From a virus (taxonomy: Duplodnaviria; Caudoviricetes), in the IMG/VR virus record IMGVR_UViG_3300049144_000150, positions 1 to 59,425 of that record: a DNA stretch of 59,425 nt, one strand, 5' to 3'. Below the pieces are notes generated by a model. That model was not told the DNA's origin. It saw only the letters and a program-made list of their open reading frames with translations, and made no database searches. A program made the translations under genes and the position numbers. This document shows positions 20,445-27,953 of this stretch, piece after piece (position 1 is the stretch's first letter; each line of letters starts with the position of its first letter).

Positions 20445-20705
20445 GTGCGTAACGGCCGAAACAACGTGACCAAGCCGATGGGCTTCAAGAATGCGGCGCA
20501 GACGTTGACCCGCAAGCTCTCTCCCGAGGCCACCAGGGAGTTCACCAACCTGGTGACCTCAGTCGCCCGGCAGTACTCCTACGACGACTCGGCCATGCTG
20601 AAGACCGTGAACCGCCGCCTGAAGAGCGCGGCCGGGCGGCGCAAGGCGTGGGCGGTCGAGGTGATGGACCTGCTGGCCGAACAAGGGCAGAAGGCGTCCG
20701 CCTGA
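20445..20705 (+). CDS. Small basic hypothetical protein
   Basis: CGGAAAGGAG RBS, GTG 20445. Confidence 0.6.
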   Translation: MRNGRNNVTKPMGFKNAAQTLTRKLSPEATREFTNLVTSVARQYSYDDSAMLKTVNRRLKSAAGRRKAWAVEVMDLLAEQGQKASA

Positions 20706-20757
20706 CACATCCCGGCCTCGTTCCGGCGTGACCGCCGGAGGGCCACCGAGGGGGCTC

Positions 20758-21447
20758 GTGAGATCCGTCGCCGCGCATCTGGCGCTGGCGGCTGCGGGAA
20801 TGGCGGTCTGGGCCTGGGTCGTACTGACGACCCAGGCCCGCTTCTTTCACCTGGCAGGTCTCGTCGTCGTAACGGCGTGCTGCCTCTGCGCCAGCCATGC
20901 ACCGAAACGCCGCAGGAAGCATCGGAAGGAGAAGGCTCGTGAAGAAGGTCAGGACGTGGGCGTGCCTCACGATGGCCGCGACCCTGGCGCTGGTCGTCGG
21001 CGGACGTCGCCTCGCGGAGAGCGTCCCGCTGGACCCCGACAACCTGTCGAGTGGCCGGTGAACGGCGTCAAGGTCGAAGTCAACACGGTCCTCCAGGGGG
21101 ACGGGTCGACCCTGGGTGCCTTCCTGTACCACCCGGAACCCGACGGCCGCGTCAAGGCCGAGACGGTGCTGTACGAGGAGGGGGCCCAGTTCGTGGTCTA
21201 TCCCCATGTCTACGACCTCGCCCCGGTCGCAGGGACCGCCCTCGTCGCGGACTCCACCCTGACGATCTCCGTCGGTCCGCTGTACGTGATCACTCCGCTG
21301 GAAGTCCCGGCCGACGCCGTGAAGGCCGTGAAGCGTGTGGCGCTCTATCTCCTGCGTGAGCCGTTCCGGGCGGCCGACCGAACCGAAAAGACCGTTCTGG
21401 CGGCTTCGCTGCCGCTGGACATCCTGGAAAGGGGAAGTGCTACGTGA
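20758..21447 (+). CDS. Hypothetical protein with possible N-terminal TM helices (start uncertain)
   Basis: High-GC3 3' half; alternative start at 20956. Confidence 0.5.
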   Translation: MRSVAAHLALAAAGMAVWAWVVLTTQARFFHLAGLVVVTACCLCASHAPKRRRKHRKEKAREEGQDVGVPHDGRDPGAGRRRTSPRGERPAGPRQPVEWPVNGVKVEVNTVLQGDGSTLGAFLYHPEPDGRVKAETVLYEEGAQFVVYPHVYDLAPVAGTALVADSTLTISVGPLYVITPLEVPADAVKAVKRVALYLLREPFRAADRTEKTVLAASLPLDILERGSAT

Positions 21448-21695
21448 ACGATCGCGAGAAGGCGAAGCGACTCCGCGAGAAGGGCTGGAACGGCCCGTCG
21501 GCGAGCGAGAAGGCCCGAGAGAAGGGGACGCGTTCCGGGCGTTCCGGCCGCCGCAGTGAACCTGCTTCCGGCGGCATCGTGGAGGCGCTTCGGAACTTCG
21601 ATCCCAACCGTCCGAACGAGACGGCGGTACCGCGAAGCGAGGAGTCCAAGAGTCGCGCGCGGACCTTCAAGTCCCGCCTTCCGGGGCTCGGCTGA
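21444..21695 (+). CDS. Small basic hypothetical protein
   Basis: GGAAAGGGG RBS, GTGA overlap, hairpin terminator at about 21715-21742. Confidence 0.5.
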   Translation: MNDREKAKRLREKGWNGPSASEKAREKGTRSGRSGRRSEPASGGIVEALRNFDPNRPNETAVPRSEESKSRARTFKSRLPGLG

Positions 21696-21904
21696 GCAAG
21701 CATCGTGCACGACAGAGGGGCCCGGTTCTGCCGGGCCTCTTTCCATGTGGCCTGATTTTTATCAAGATTGGTGCAATGCTGAACTGAAGCCCGACGTACT
21801 CTTGTTCTTACTGAACTTGGTGTGACTGGGGCCCAACGTCATATTTTGGGAAGTTGACTGCCAAGACCTGGTAAGATAGCCGCAGTTGAGGAAGGGAGCC
21901 CAGC

Positions 21905-22264
21905 GTGGCCAACACCGAAACCATCACCCTGAGCCTGAACAAGATGAAGCTCGCGGACCGGCTGGCCGACCGCATGGGTTTGGCTCGAACCGTCGCCTAT
22001 GAGGCGATCGAGAACGTCTTCGACATCTGCGCCCAGGTCGTGGCACAGGGCGGCTCGGTATCGATCACGAACTTCGGCAGTATCGAGCTGGTCGAGAAGC
22101 AGCCGCGCAGGGCGCGGAATCCGCACACCGGAGAAGCGATCGACGTGCCCGCCCGCAAGGCGGTGAAGTTCAACGTGAGCCCCCGCCTGAACGAGTTCGC
22201 GAACTCGATGGATCCGGCCTCCACGACCATCAAGAAACTGCCGAAGGGCCCCGCCAAGAAGTAG
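21905..22264 (+). CDS. hup: HU/IHF-family histone-like DNA-binding protein
   Basis: LNKMKLAD, VSITNFGS, RRARNPHTGEAIDVPARKAVKF. Confidence 0.93.
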   Translation: MANTETITLSLNKMKLADRLADRMGLARTVAYEAIENVFDICAQVVAQGGSVSITNFGSIELVEKQPRRARNPHTGEAIDVPARKAVKFNVSPRLNEFANSMDPASTTIKKLPKGPAKK

Positions 22265-22344
22265 TGGCCCAGGCCAAAACGTGCTATGCTGTTCTCGATG
22301 AACAGCGAGCATTCTGAGAGCTGTTGACGGAAAGGAAAAGAAAC

Positions 22345-22803
22345 GTGTCCCTCGGACAGACCACCCGCGCCCTGACCCGCAACGCGAAGAAGCGCTTCGT
22401 CGGCGCCGCCGACGCCGACATCCGCAAGTTCGTCCTGCTCCAGGTGAACGTCGCCCTCGACCACCCGACCAACACGACCAAGGACGACGAGCTGGCCAAG
22501 CTCGCCGACGTCGCGTTCGAGGAGGCCGTCACGGAGGGCGAGACCTGGGCCGTGTCCCTGAAGAACTCGTACCGCGACAACGTCATCAAGCCGCTCGTCG
22601 ACAGGGCGCGCGACAAGGGCGTCGACCCGGTCCCGGCCATCGTCATGGAGACGGACCTCACCCAGGAGCAGGCCAGCGACATGGTGGCCGCGCTGGACGC
22701 CGCCGACGCCGACGCCGACGACGCCGACGACACGGAGTTCGACCTGGACGCCCTCGGCTCCGACGCGGACGCCGACGACAGCGCCCTCGTCTCGGCGGTC
22801 TGA
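22345..22803 (+). CDS. Hypothetical protein with acidic C-terminal tail
   Basis: CGGAAAGG RBS; very high GC3; TATGCT -10 at 22285-22290 with GGCCCAGGCC box upstream. Confidence 0.75.
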   Translation: MSLGQTTRALTRNAKKRFVGAADADIRKFVLLQVNVALDHPTNTTKDDELAKLADVAFEEAVTEGETWAVSLKNSYRDNVIKPLVDRARDKGVDPVPAIVMETDLTQEQASDMVAALDAADADADDADDTEFDLDALGSDADADDSALVSAV

Positions 22804-22893
22804 CCGACCGCCGTACATGCACGGAAGGCCGGACCCGGTACCCCACACCCGGGCCCGGCCTTCCGCGTACCCGCTTCCGGAAAAGGAGAAGAG

Positions 22894-23226
22894 ATGTACC
22901 GCTACTACGCTGCCCCTGTGCGGCGACAGGGCAGGATGCTGCTGGTGAATCCGCTCGACGGCGCCTGCGTCCTCGCCAACACTCCGCACGACGCGAGCAT
23001 CCAGCTCGGCCTGCCCGACGTCGGCGAGATGTTCGCCGTCTGGACGCTCGGCATCCTGGACGGACTCGACAGGCCCGAGATGACGCTGAAGGAGGCGGGC
23101 GAGATCTGCTCGAAGATCCCGCCGTCCCGCATCTTCGCCTGCCTCGGGGACAGCCTGGTGCTGCCGCTCGGCATCGACCCGACTCTCGACGTGCGTATGG
23201 AGGTCGGCCGTGCTGGTGGCAACTGA
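22894..23226 (+). CDS. Hypothetical protein coupled to the FtsK-like gene
   Basis: CGGAAAAGGAG RBS; overlaps the next ORF. Confidence 0.65.
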   Translation: MYRYYAAPVRRQGRMLLVNPLDGACVLANTPHDASIQLGLPDVGEMFAVWTLGILDGLDRPEMTLKEAGEICSKIPPSRIFACLGDSLVLPLGIDPTLDVRMEVGRAGGN

Positions 23227-24514
23227 GGAAGAACTGCGGCTGCTTGGCCTGCTCACCCCTGACGAGTGGGCCACCAAGGCGCCCAAGCGCAACATCCGCA
23301 ACGTCACCCTGAACAAGGCCGAGCTGACCGAATCCGGAGTCGTCGCCACGCTCCTTCTCGAAGGGGCCGACGCCCTGGAAGACCTGGAGCGCAAGCACCG
23401 GTCGATCCGCGTGATGCTCGATGTGCTCGACGAACACCTCACCGACCTGGCCCCCGGCGGCCGGGCCTCGAAGGTGCTGTTCGCCGTGCGCACCCGATAC
23501 ATCACCGACGAGCTGGACATGCTCTGGCACCCGGACATCACCACACTCGGCCGGGACACGGTCACGGGCGAAGAAGTCGACATCCCCCGCAACGAACGAC
23601 TCCTCGTCGGCGGCGCCTCCGGGTCCGGCAAGAGCTGGTCCACGCGCGCCCTCATGGCCAGGGCTGTCGTCCACCCCGACGAGAAGCTGGCCTGCTTCAT
23701 CGACGGCAAGGGCGAGGAGGCCACCGTCTGGCGCGGCGTTTGCCCGTGCGCCGTGGAGCACGAGGAGATCATCGACGCGATCGAGGAGGCGCATGCCGAA
23801 ATGCTCCGGCGCCGGGACCTCCTGGCGGCGGAGAACCTGAGCGTCTGGAACGCCTCCCTCGGACCGCGTCTGCTCTACGTGATCGACGAAGGGCAGGCCG
23901 TCCTCCAGGCCGTCGAGCTGGAAGACAAGATCCGCAAGTCCCGCAGGGGCGACGAGGACTACGAACCCGACAAGACGGTCATGCAGAAGCTGGTGGAGCT
24001 GTCCAGCCAGGGCCGCTCCCGCGACGTCATCCTGATGTGGATGACCCAGAACCCGCTGCGCTCCGGCTCCGACCGGGGCATCACCTCGGCGATCCGGGCC
24101 AACTTCGACTACGGCCTCTGCTTGCGGGTCAACACCCCGGAGAACACCGAGACCGTGCTCAACGCCGGATCCGGGGTCGAGCCGCACAACCTTCCGAAGG
24201 GCACGCGATTCCGGGGCCACGCCTACCTGAACGTGCACGGCCGGAACCTGCTGCGCACCTGGACCGTCACCGACGACATGGTGCGCCTTCTGGGCTACCC
24301 GAATCACGGCCGGGGCATGTGGCCCCGCGATGTCGCCCTGAAGACCCTTCACGGCCAGCCTGACGCCCTGTGGACGCCGGATCTCCTCGCGTCCCACACC
24401 GGGTGCGGCCGAGTGCAGGCCAACCGCTTCCTGCGGACCTTCTCCCGCGAGGGGCTGATGGTGGCGGACGGCGACAAATTCCGGTTCGTCCCGCAGTCGG
24501 AGGAGGGCCGGTGA
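23210..24514 (+). CDS. FtsK/SpoIIIE (TraB-like) DNA translocase ATPase, no obvious TM segment
   Basis: Walker A GASGSGKS, FIDGKG, Walker B YVIDE, QGRSRDV..MTQNP; C-terminal wHTH. Confidence 0.85.
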   Translation: MLVATEEELRLLGLLTPDEWATKAPKRNIRNVTLNKAELTESGVVATLLLEGADALEDLERKHRSIRVMLDVLDEHLTDLAPGGRASKVLFAVRTRYITDELDMLWHPDITTLGRDTVTGEEVDIPRNERLLVGGASGSGKSWSTRALMARAVVHPDEKLACFIDGKGEEATVWRGVCPCAVEHEEIIDAIEEAHAEMLRRRDLLAAENLSVWNASLGPRLLYVIDEGQAVLQAVELEDKIRKSRRGDEDYEPDKTVMQKLVELSSQGRSRDVILMWMTQNPLRSGSDRGITSAIRANFDYGLCLRVNTPENTETVLNAGSGVEPHNLPKGTRFRGHAYLNVHGRNLLRTWTVTDDMVRLLGYPNHGRGMWPRDVALKTLHGQPDALWTPDLLASHTGCGRVQANRFLRTFSREGLMVADGDKFRFVPQSEEGR

Positions 24515-25113
24515 ACGTGTGGCATCACAACCTCGGTGTCGCCGATCCGGGTGAGAAGCATCGGATCTATCCGACCCGGGCGCTCTTCACCGGCACGGGG
24601 GAGCTGGCTGACGTCGCCGACTTCACGCAGGCCCAGCATATCGAGGCCGTCGCCGTTCACGAACTGGGGCACTTCCTCGTGAACTGGAAACTGGGCGCCT
24701 ACATGCGGTCGTTCAGCATCCGCGATGCCCCGTCGAACGTCATCCCGGACGCCGAGGTCTGCTTCAGCTACCCGGACACCGTTGACGCCCGTCGGATCCT
24801 GGTGGGCGGTGCGGCCGGTGAGCGGGCCTGCGACCGGTGGCTCCGCGAGGAAGGTCTGTGGACTCCGGCGCGGGCCGTGTACGCCGAGGTGCAGGGCCAG
24901 ACCGACCGTCAGGACGCGCTGGCCGAGGATCCGTCCATCACGTTCGACGGGGGGCCGAACGACTACAGCCTCCTCCAGGATGAGGCGGACGGGCTCCTGG
25001 ACGAGATGTGGCCGCTGCTGCGACGCGGCCTGCCCGGCTTCTGTGACTTCGTACGGCTGACCGGGGATGCGGCGTGCAGCATGCTGGGGATCAGGAACAA
25101 CCCTGCGGTCTGA
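24511..25113 (+). CDS. Stand-alone HEXXH metallopeptidase-like (FtsH/M41-like) domain
   Basis: VAVHELGHFLV followed by AGERA and a downstream D. Confidence 0.7.
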   Translation: MNVWHHNLGVADPGEKHRIYPTRALFTGTGELADVADFTQAQHIEAVAVHELGHFLVNWKLGAYMRSFSIRDAPSNVIPDAEVCFSYPDTVDARRILVGGAAGERACDRWLREEGLWTPARAVYAEVQGQTDRQDALAEDPSITFDGGPNDYSLLQDEADGLLDEMWPLLRRGLPGFCDFVRLTGDAACSMLGIRNNPAV

Positions 25114-25122
25114 CCGTGCCAC

Positions 25123-25152
25123 TTGACCTAGGCCACTCGGGGGCCGTAAAGT
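25123..25152 (+). promoter_or_regulatory. Sigma70/HrdB-type promoter of the tRNA/ncRNA cluster with overlapping operator variant
   Basis: TTGACC-18 bp-TAAAGT; GACCTAGGCC at 25125-25134 overlaps the -35. Confidence 0.7.
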
Positions 25153-25264
25153 AATAACCAGTTCAGGCGATTCCATCGCAGGAACTACTGCACCGAGGTT
25201 GATGCAACCTTCCTCGGCGTATGAGTCGATGCCGGAAGGACTTCTCACCCCTCCGGCTCGGCGG

Positions 25265-25338
25265 TGGCAGGTAGCTCAGTCGGTTAGAGCGCGCCTCTGA
25301 TAAGGGCGAGGTCGAAGGTTCGATCCCTTCTCTGCCAA
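25265..25338 (+). tRNA. tRNA-Ile(GAT), no encoded CCA
   Basis: Acceptor TGGCAGG/TCTGCCA; D arm GCTC/GAGC; anticodon arm CGCCT-CTGATAA-GGGCG; T arm GAAGG-TTCGATC-CCTTC; discriminator A. Confidence 0.9.
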
Positions 25339-25526
25339 CTGGACCGGAAGTCGCGGATGTCAGGCACGGCACGGATTTCCGGTCCGCCCTTCAGCACCCG
25401 CCCACACCTGGCACAGTCGGTGTGGGCGGGTGTCCAAAAGCCACAGAGGAGTTCGCGATCAGGCGCGCGGGGTTTGGGCACCCCGTTTCGCGAATTCCGC
25501 CAAGTCCCCCATGGCAGGCGGGGGCA

Positions 25527-25597
25527 GCCCGTGTTGTGTAATCGGCAGCACGCCATCTGGAGGGGTGGAGGTGCGGGTTCAAAGCCCGCCACGGGCT
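25527..25597 (+). ncRNA. tRNA-like RNA with non-canonical 6-nt anticodon loop
   Basis: Perfect acceptor GCCCGTG/CACGGGC, D arm GTGT/GCAC, T arm GCGGG-TTCAAAG-CCCGC; CCATC/GGTGG stem closes TGGAGG. Confidence 0.75.
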
Positions 25598-25687
25598 CTT
25601 GGGCAGGGGTGGAAGAAGAGTCCATTGATCCGCGTAGAAATCATGACCCCTGTAAGCGGATCTGGGTCAGCGTTGATTGCGCTGACA

Positions 25688-25807
25688 GCGCACGTATCCA
25701 AGCGGCCGAAGGAGGTCTGCTGAATCCGCCCCAGCGGAGGAGGCAGGCAGGTCCGGGAAACTGGGTGGTTCTCGGTGCCTCGCGGGTTCGAATCCTGTCC
25801 GTGCGCA
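25688..25807 (+). ncRNA. Expanded tRNA-like RNA (120 nt) with a hairpin inserted in the anticodon loop and a long variable arm
   Basis: Acceptor GCGCACG/CGTGCGC; D arm TCC-AAGCGGCCGAA-GGA; GTCTG/CAGGC stem encloses 24 nt; GGTTCGAATCC T loop. Confidence 0.7.
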
Positions 25808-25935
25808 CGCAAAAGGAAAGGAGATGGAAACGGTGAGTGACTTCATCGCGATCGAGGACGGTCACACCTTCCTCTCCCGGGAAGAGCTGGACGAGTACCG
25901 CACTCAGAAGGTTCAGATGGCATCCGAGGAGGGTG

Positions 25936-26085
25936 ATGGCTGAGCAGCACAAGCCGTGCAACGGCACCGGAGAGACGCAGACCGTGAACGCGGCCACGGG
26001 CGACGTGCAGAGCAACACCTGCCAGCCCTGCGGCGGCAACGGTACGGTGGCTTCTCCGCAGCACGGCGGCAGCAACAGGGGCTGA
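25936..26085 (+). CDS. Mini DnaJ-type zinc-finger peptide (49 aa)
   Basis: GAGGAGG RBS; HKPCNGTG...CQPCGGNG. Confidence 0.6.
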   Translation: MAEQHKPCNGTGETQTVNAATGDVQSNTCQPCGGNGTVASPQHGGSNRG

Positions 26086-26149
26086 ACGCCCTGCACTTGG
26101 GGGCCCTGCGGGGCCCCTTTGCCGTACTTCGAAAAGGAGACAAGTCGAC

Positions 26150-26626
26150 ATGTCGGCGGCAGTACTGTTCTACGGGTACAACCTGGGTGCTCCGGAGGAC
26201 TCCGGCTGGGCGCTCAAGGTGGACACCCCTGACTTCAGGGCCGACACCGACTTCGAGCCCGAGTGGCTGACCGAAGCCGAGGCGGCCGATGAAGACCTCG
26301 TCGAAGCGATGCGCCGGGCCATCCTGATCGCGTCCGGTGTTCCTGAGAGTGAAGCCGTGGTGAACCGAGTCCCCGGACTCAGTCTCGACGACCTCCTGGC
26401 CAAGCGCTGCGGTGTCCGGCTGCTCACCTGCGGCCACTCCAACTCCCCCTTCTACGGCCTCGCCCTGGCCGACACCGTCCACCAGGCCGACGACTGGACC
26501 CCCAAGTGCATCGCCCCCACGGCGCGGTGCGCGAACCATGAGCCGCTGGACAAGGCCCTGGAGGCGCTGGACATGAAGCCCGCTCAGCGCCACCCCTCCT
26601 GGATCCTGGCGCCGGAAGAGTTCTAA
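26150..26626 (+). CDS. Hypothetical protein
   Basis: AAAGGAG RBS, high GC3. Confidence 0.7.
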   Translation: MSAAVLFYGYNLGAPEDSGWALKVDTPDFRADTDFEPEWLTEAEAADEDLVEAMRRAILIASGVPESEAVVNRVPGLSLDDLLAKRCGVRLLTCGHSNSPFYGLALADTVHQADDWTPKCIAPTARCANHEPLDKALEALDMKPAQRHPSWILAPEEF

Positions 26627-26632
26627 ATAAGG

Positions 26633-26662
26633 TTGCGATCCCGTCGCAGGATCCCGTAGTCT
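26633..26662 (+). promoter_or_regulatory. Promoter for the Y RNA array
   Basis: TTGCGA-18 bp-TAGTCT; predicted +1 near 26669-26671, where Y RNA 1 begins. Confidence 0.65.
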
Positions 26663-26670
26663 TTTTCTTA

Positions 26671-26746
26671 GCACCCGGTGTGAAGGCAACGGTTACTTCT
26701 TCTGCAAAAGGAACCCAAACCGTAGCCGCTTCGGTTAACCGGGGGC
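26671..26746 (+). ncRNA. Y RNA 1, minimal form (Ro-binding stem, no tRNA-like domain)
   Basis: CCCGGTGTGA...CGGTTACTTC...GGTTAACCGGG motifs shared with the two following RNAs; adjacent to Ro60. Confidence 0.75.
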
Positions 26747-26753
26747 GTCAACT

Positions 26754-26919
26754 TCACAGTGGTTCTGGAGTCGTTCGGTGTGATAGTGACGGTTACTTCA
26801 CCTCTGGAGTGAGTAGTCCGGTTCAAATCCGGCGACGGCGAAAGCCCGGTAGTGTAACGGCAGCACGCTAACGTTCCCGTTGCGACTTGGTTAACCGGAC
26901 GGCCCCAGAATCACTGTGA
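26754..26919 (+). ncRNA. Y RNA 2, YrlA-like with a permuted tRNA mimic (CTG anticodon-like loop)
   Basis: About 26-bp terminal stem; GGTGTGA/TTAACC; TTCAC-CTCTGGA-GTGAG; CCGG-TTCAAAT-CCGG; GAAA-capped acceptor; TA-GTGT-AACGGCA-GCAC D arm placed after the T arm. Confidence 0.85.
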
Positions 26920-26921
26920 TG

Positions 26922-27093
26922 ATGTACGCAGACAAACCGGCTGGTGTGTAAGCATCAGTTACTTCCGGTAATCTCTAGGTCGTTGGTTCGAATCCAATCC
27001 GGTGCCGAAAAGCTCCGGTAGCTCAGTTGGCAGAGCAAGAGACAAAATGTCACTGATGCGATTTGGTTAACCAGCCGGTCTGCCTGCGTACAT
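26922..27093 (+). ncRNA. Y RNA 3, YrlA-like with a permuted tRNA mimic opened in the anticodon loop
   Basis: ATGTACGCAG/CTGCGTACAT and ACCGGCTGGT/ACCAGCCGGT stems; GGTAA-TCTCT-AGGTC-GTTGG-TTCGAAT-CCAAT; CCGGTGC-CGAAAA-GCTCCGG; TA-GCTC-AGTTGGCA-GAGC-A-AGAGA. Confidence 0.88.
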
Positions 27094-27098
27094 AAGAT

Positions 27099-27129
27099 GC
27101 CCCCTCCGCCCGGAGGGGGCTTTCTTTTT
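27099..27129 (+). terminator. Intrinsic terminator between the Y RNAs and the ligase gene
   Basis: GCCCCCTCCG/CGGAGGGGGC stem followed by TTTCTTTTT. Confidence 0.8.
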
Positions 27130-27150
27130 GATCGGAAACGGAGAAAGAAC

Positions 27151-27909
27151 GTGACGACGTTGGCGATGACAGATCTTCGGATCCTGAACAGCGCGACGAA
27201 GTACCCGGAGATCCTGACCTACCACGCACTCGGCGAACGCGGTCGCCTCACCGACAGCCTGACGGCGACGTTCGACGGCCCCACGCTTCTCTTCGAGAAG
27301 GTCGACGGAACCAACATCCGGGTCATCAAGGACGGAACCGGCGACTGGATCATCGGCAGTCGCGAGGATCTGCTGACCGCCAAGGGAGACCGGGTGGCCA
27401 ACAAGTTCGAAGGCGTCGTCGAAGCGCTGGGTGACCTGCCGGACCGTCTGCCCGACCCCTTCAACCAGGCTCGCGTGTACTACATGGAGGTCTACGGCGG
27501 CCGGATCACTGGCAACGCGAAGAACTACTCGAAGTCCGGAGCGACGGGCTTCCGCATCTTCGACGTGGCGACCGTGCCGCTGAACCTCTTCACCCACTGG
27601 ACCCTCGACCAGGTGTCCGGCTGGCGCAAGCGGGGGGGCCAGGAGTGGTTCCCCTGGGACCAGGTCCAGGCGCTCGTCGGAGGGCTCGACGGCATCGAAA
27701 CAGTCCCCGAGCTGGGCCGGTGCGACGCCACCGAACTGCCGACCGAGCATCAGACCACGCTCGACTGGCTGGAGCGCAAAGCCCCGAAGACGCGCTGCGG
27801 CCTGACCGAACAGGGCCCGGCCGAAGGCATCGTGCTGCGGTCGCCCGACCGCTCGCAGATCGCCAAGGCCCGCTTCCAGGACTACCGCCGCACCCTCGGC
27901 ATCAAGTGA
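27151..27909 (+). CDS. ATP-dependent RNA ligase, Rnl2-like nucleotidyltransferase domain
   Basis: Motif I FEKVDGTN, III YMEVYG, IIIa FRIFDV, IV AEGIVLR, V IAKAR; no OB-fold tail as in DNA ligases; GGAG RBS, GTG 27151. Confidence 0.85.
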   Translation: MTTLAMTDLRILNSATKYPEILTYHALGERGRLTDSLTATFDGPTLLFEKVDGTNIRVIKDGTGDWIIGSREDLLTAKGDRVANKFEGVVEALGDLPDRLPDPFNQARVYYMEVYGGRITGNAKNYSKSGATGFRIFDVATVPLNLFTHWTLDQVSGWRKRGGQEWFPWDQVQALVGGLDGIETVPELGRCDATELPTEHQTTLDWLERKAPKTRCGLTEQGPAEGIVLRSPDRSQIAKARFQDYRRTLGIK

Positions 27910-27953
27910 CAGCGAACGGACCGGTCATCCCGACCGGAAAGGAGAACTGAGAC

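Noticed and set aside
22696-22780. GACGCC tandem repeat
   Set aside because: Encodes an Asp-Ala low-complexity tail; no sign of a separate DNA function
24515-25122. clt locus (8-bp TraB recognition repeats) downstream of the FtsK-like gene
   Set aside because: The region is coding and shows no regular octamer array by eye
25265-25338. tRNA-Ile as an integration (att) site
   Set aside because: No integrase and no duplicated tRNA 3' end in the window
25163-25836. ORFs predicted across the tRNA cluster
   Set aside because: They overlap tRNA cloverleafs and lack codon bias or an RBS
25160-27093. Possible CRISPR array in the repeat- and hairpin-rich region
   Set aside because: No identical direct repeats with unique spacers; the recurring motifs are explained by Y RNA stems; no cas genes
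27151-27909. Calling the ligase a DNA ligase or RtcB
   Set aside because: It has KxDG nucleotidyltransferase motifs and ends shortly after motif V with no OB fold; it lacks RtcB size and motifs
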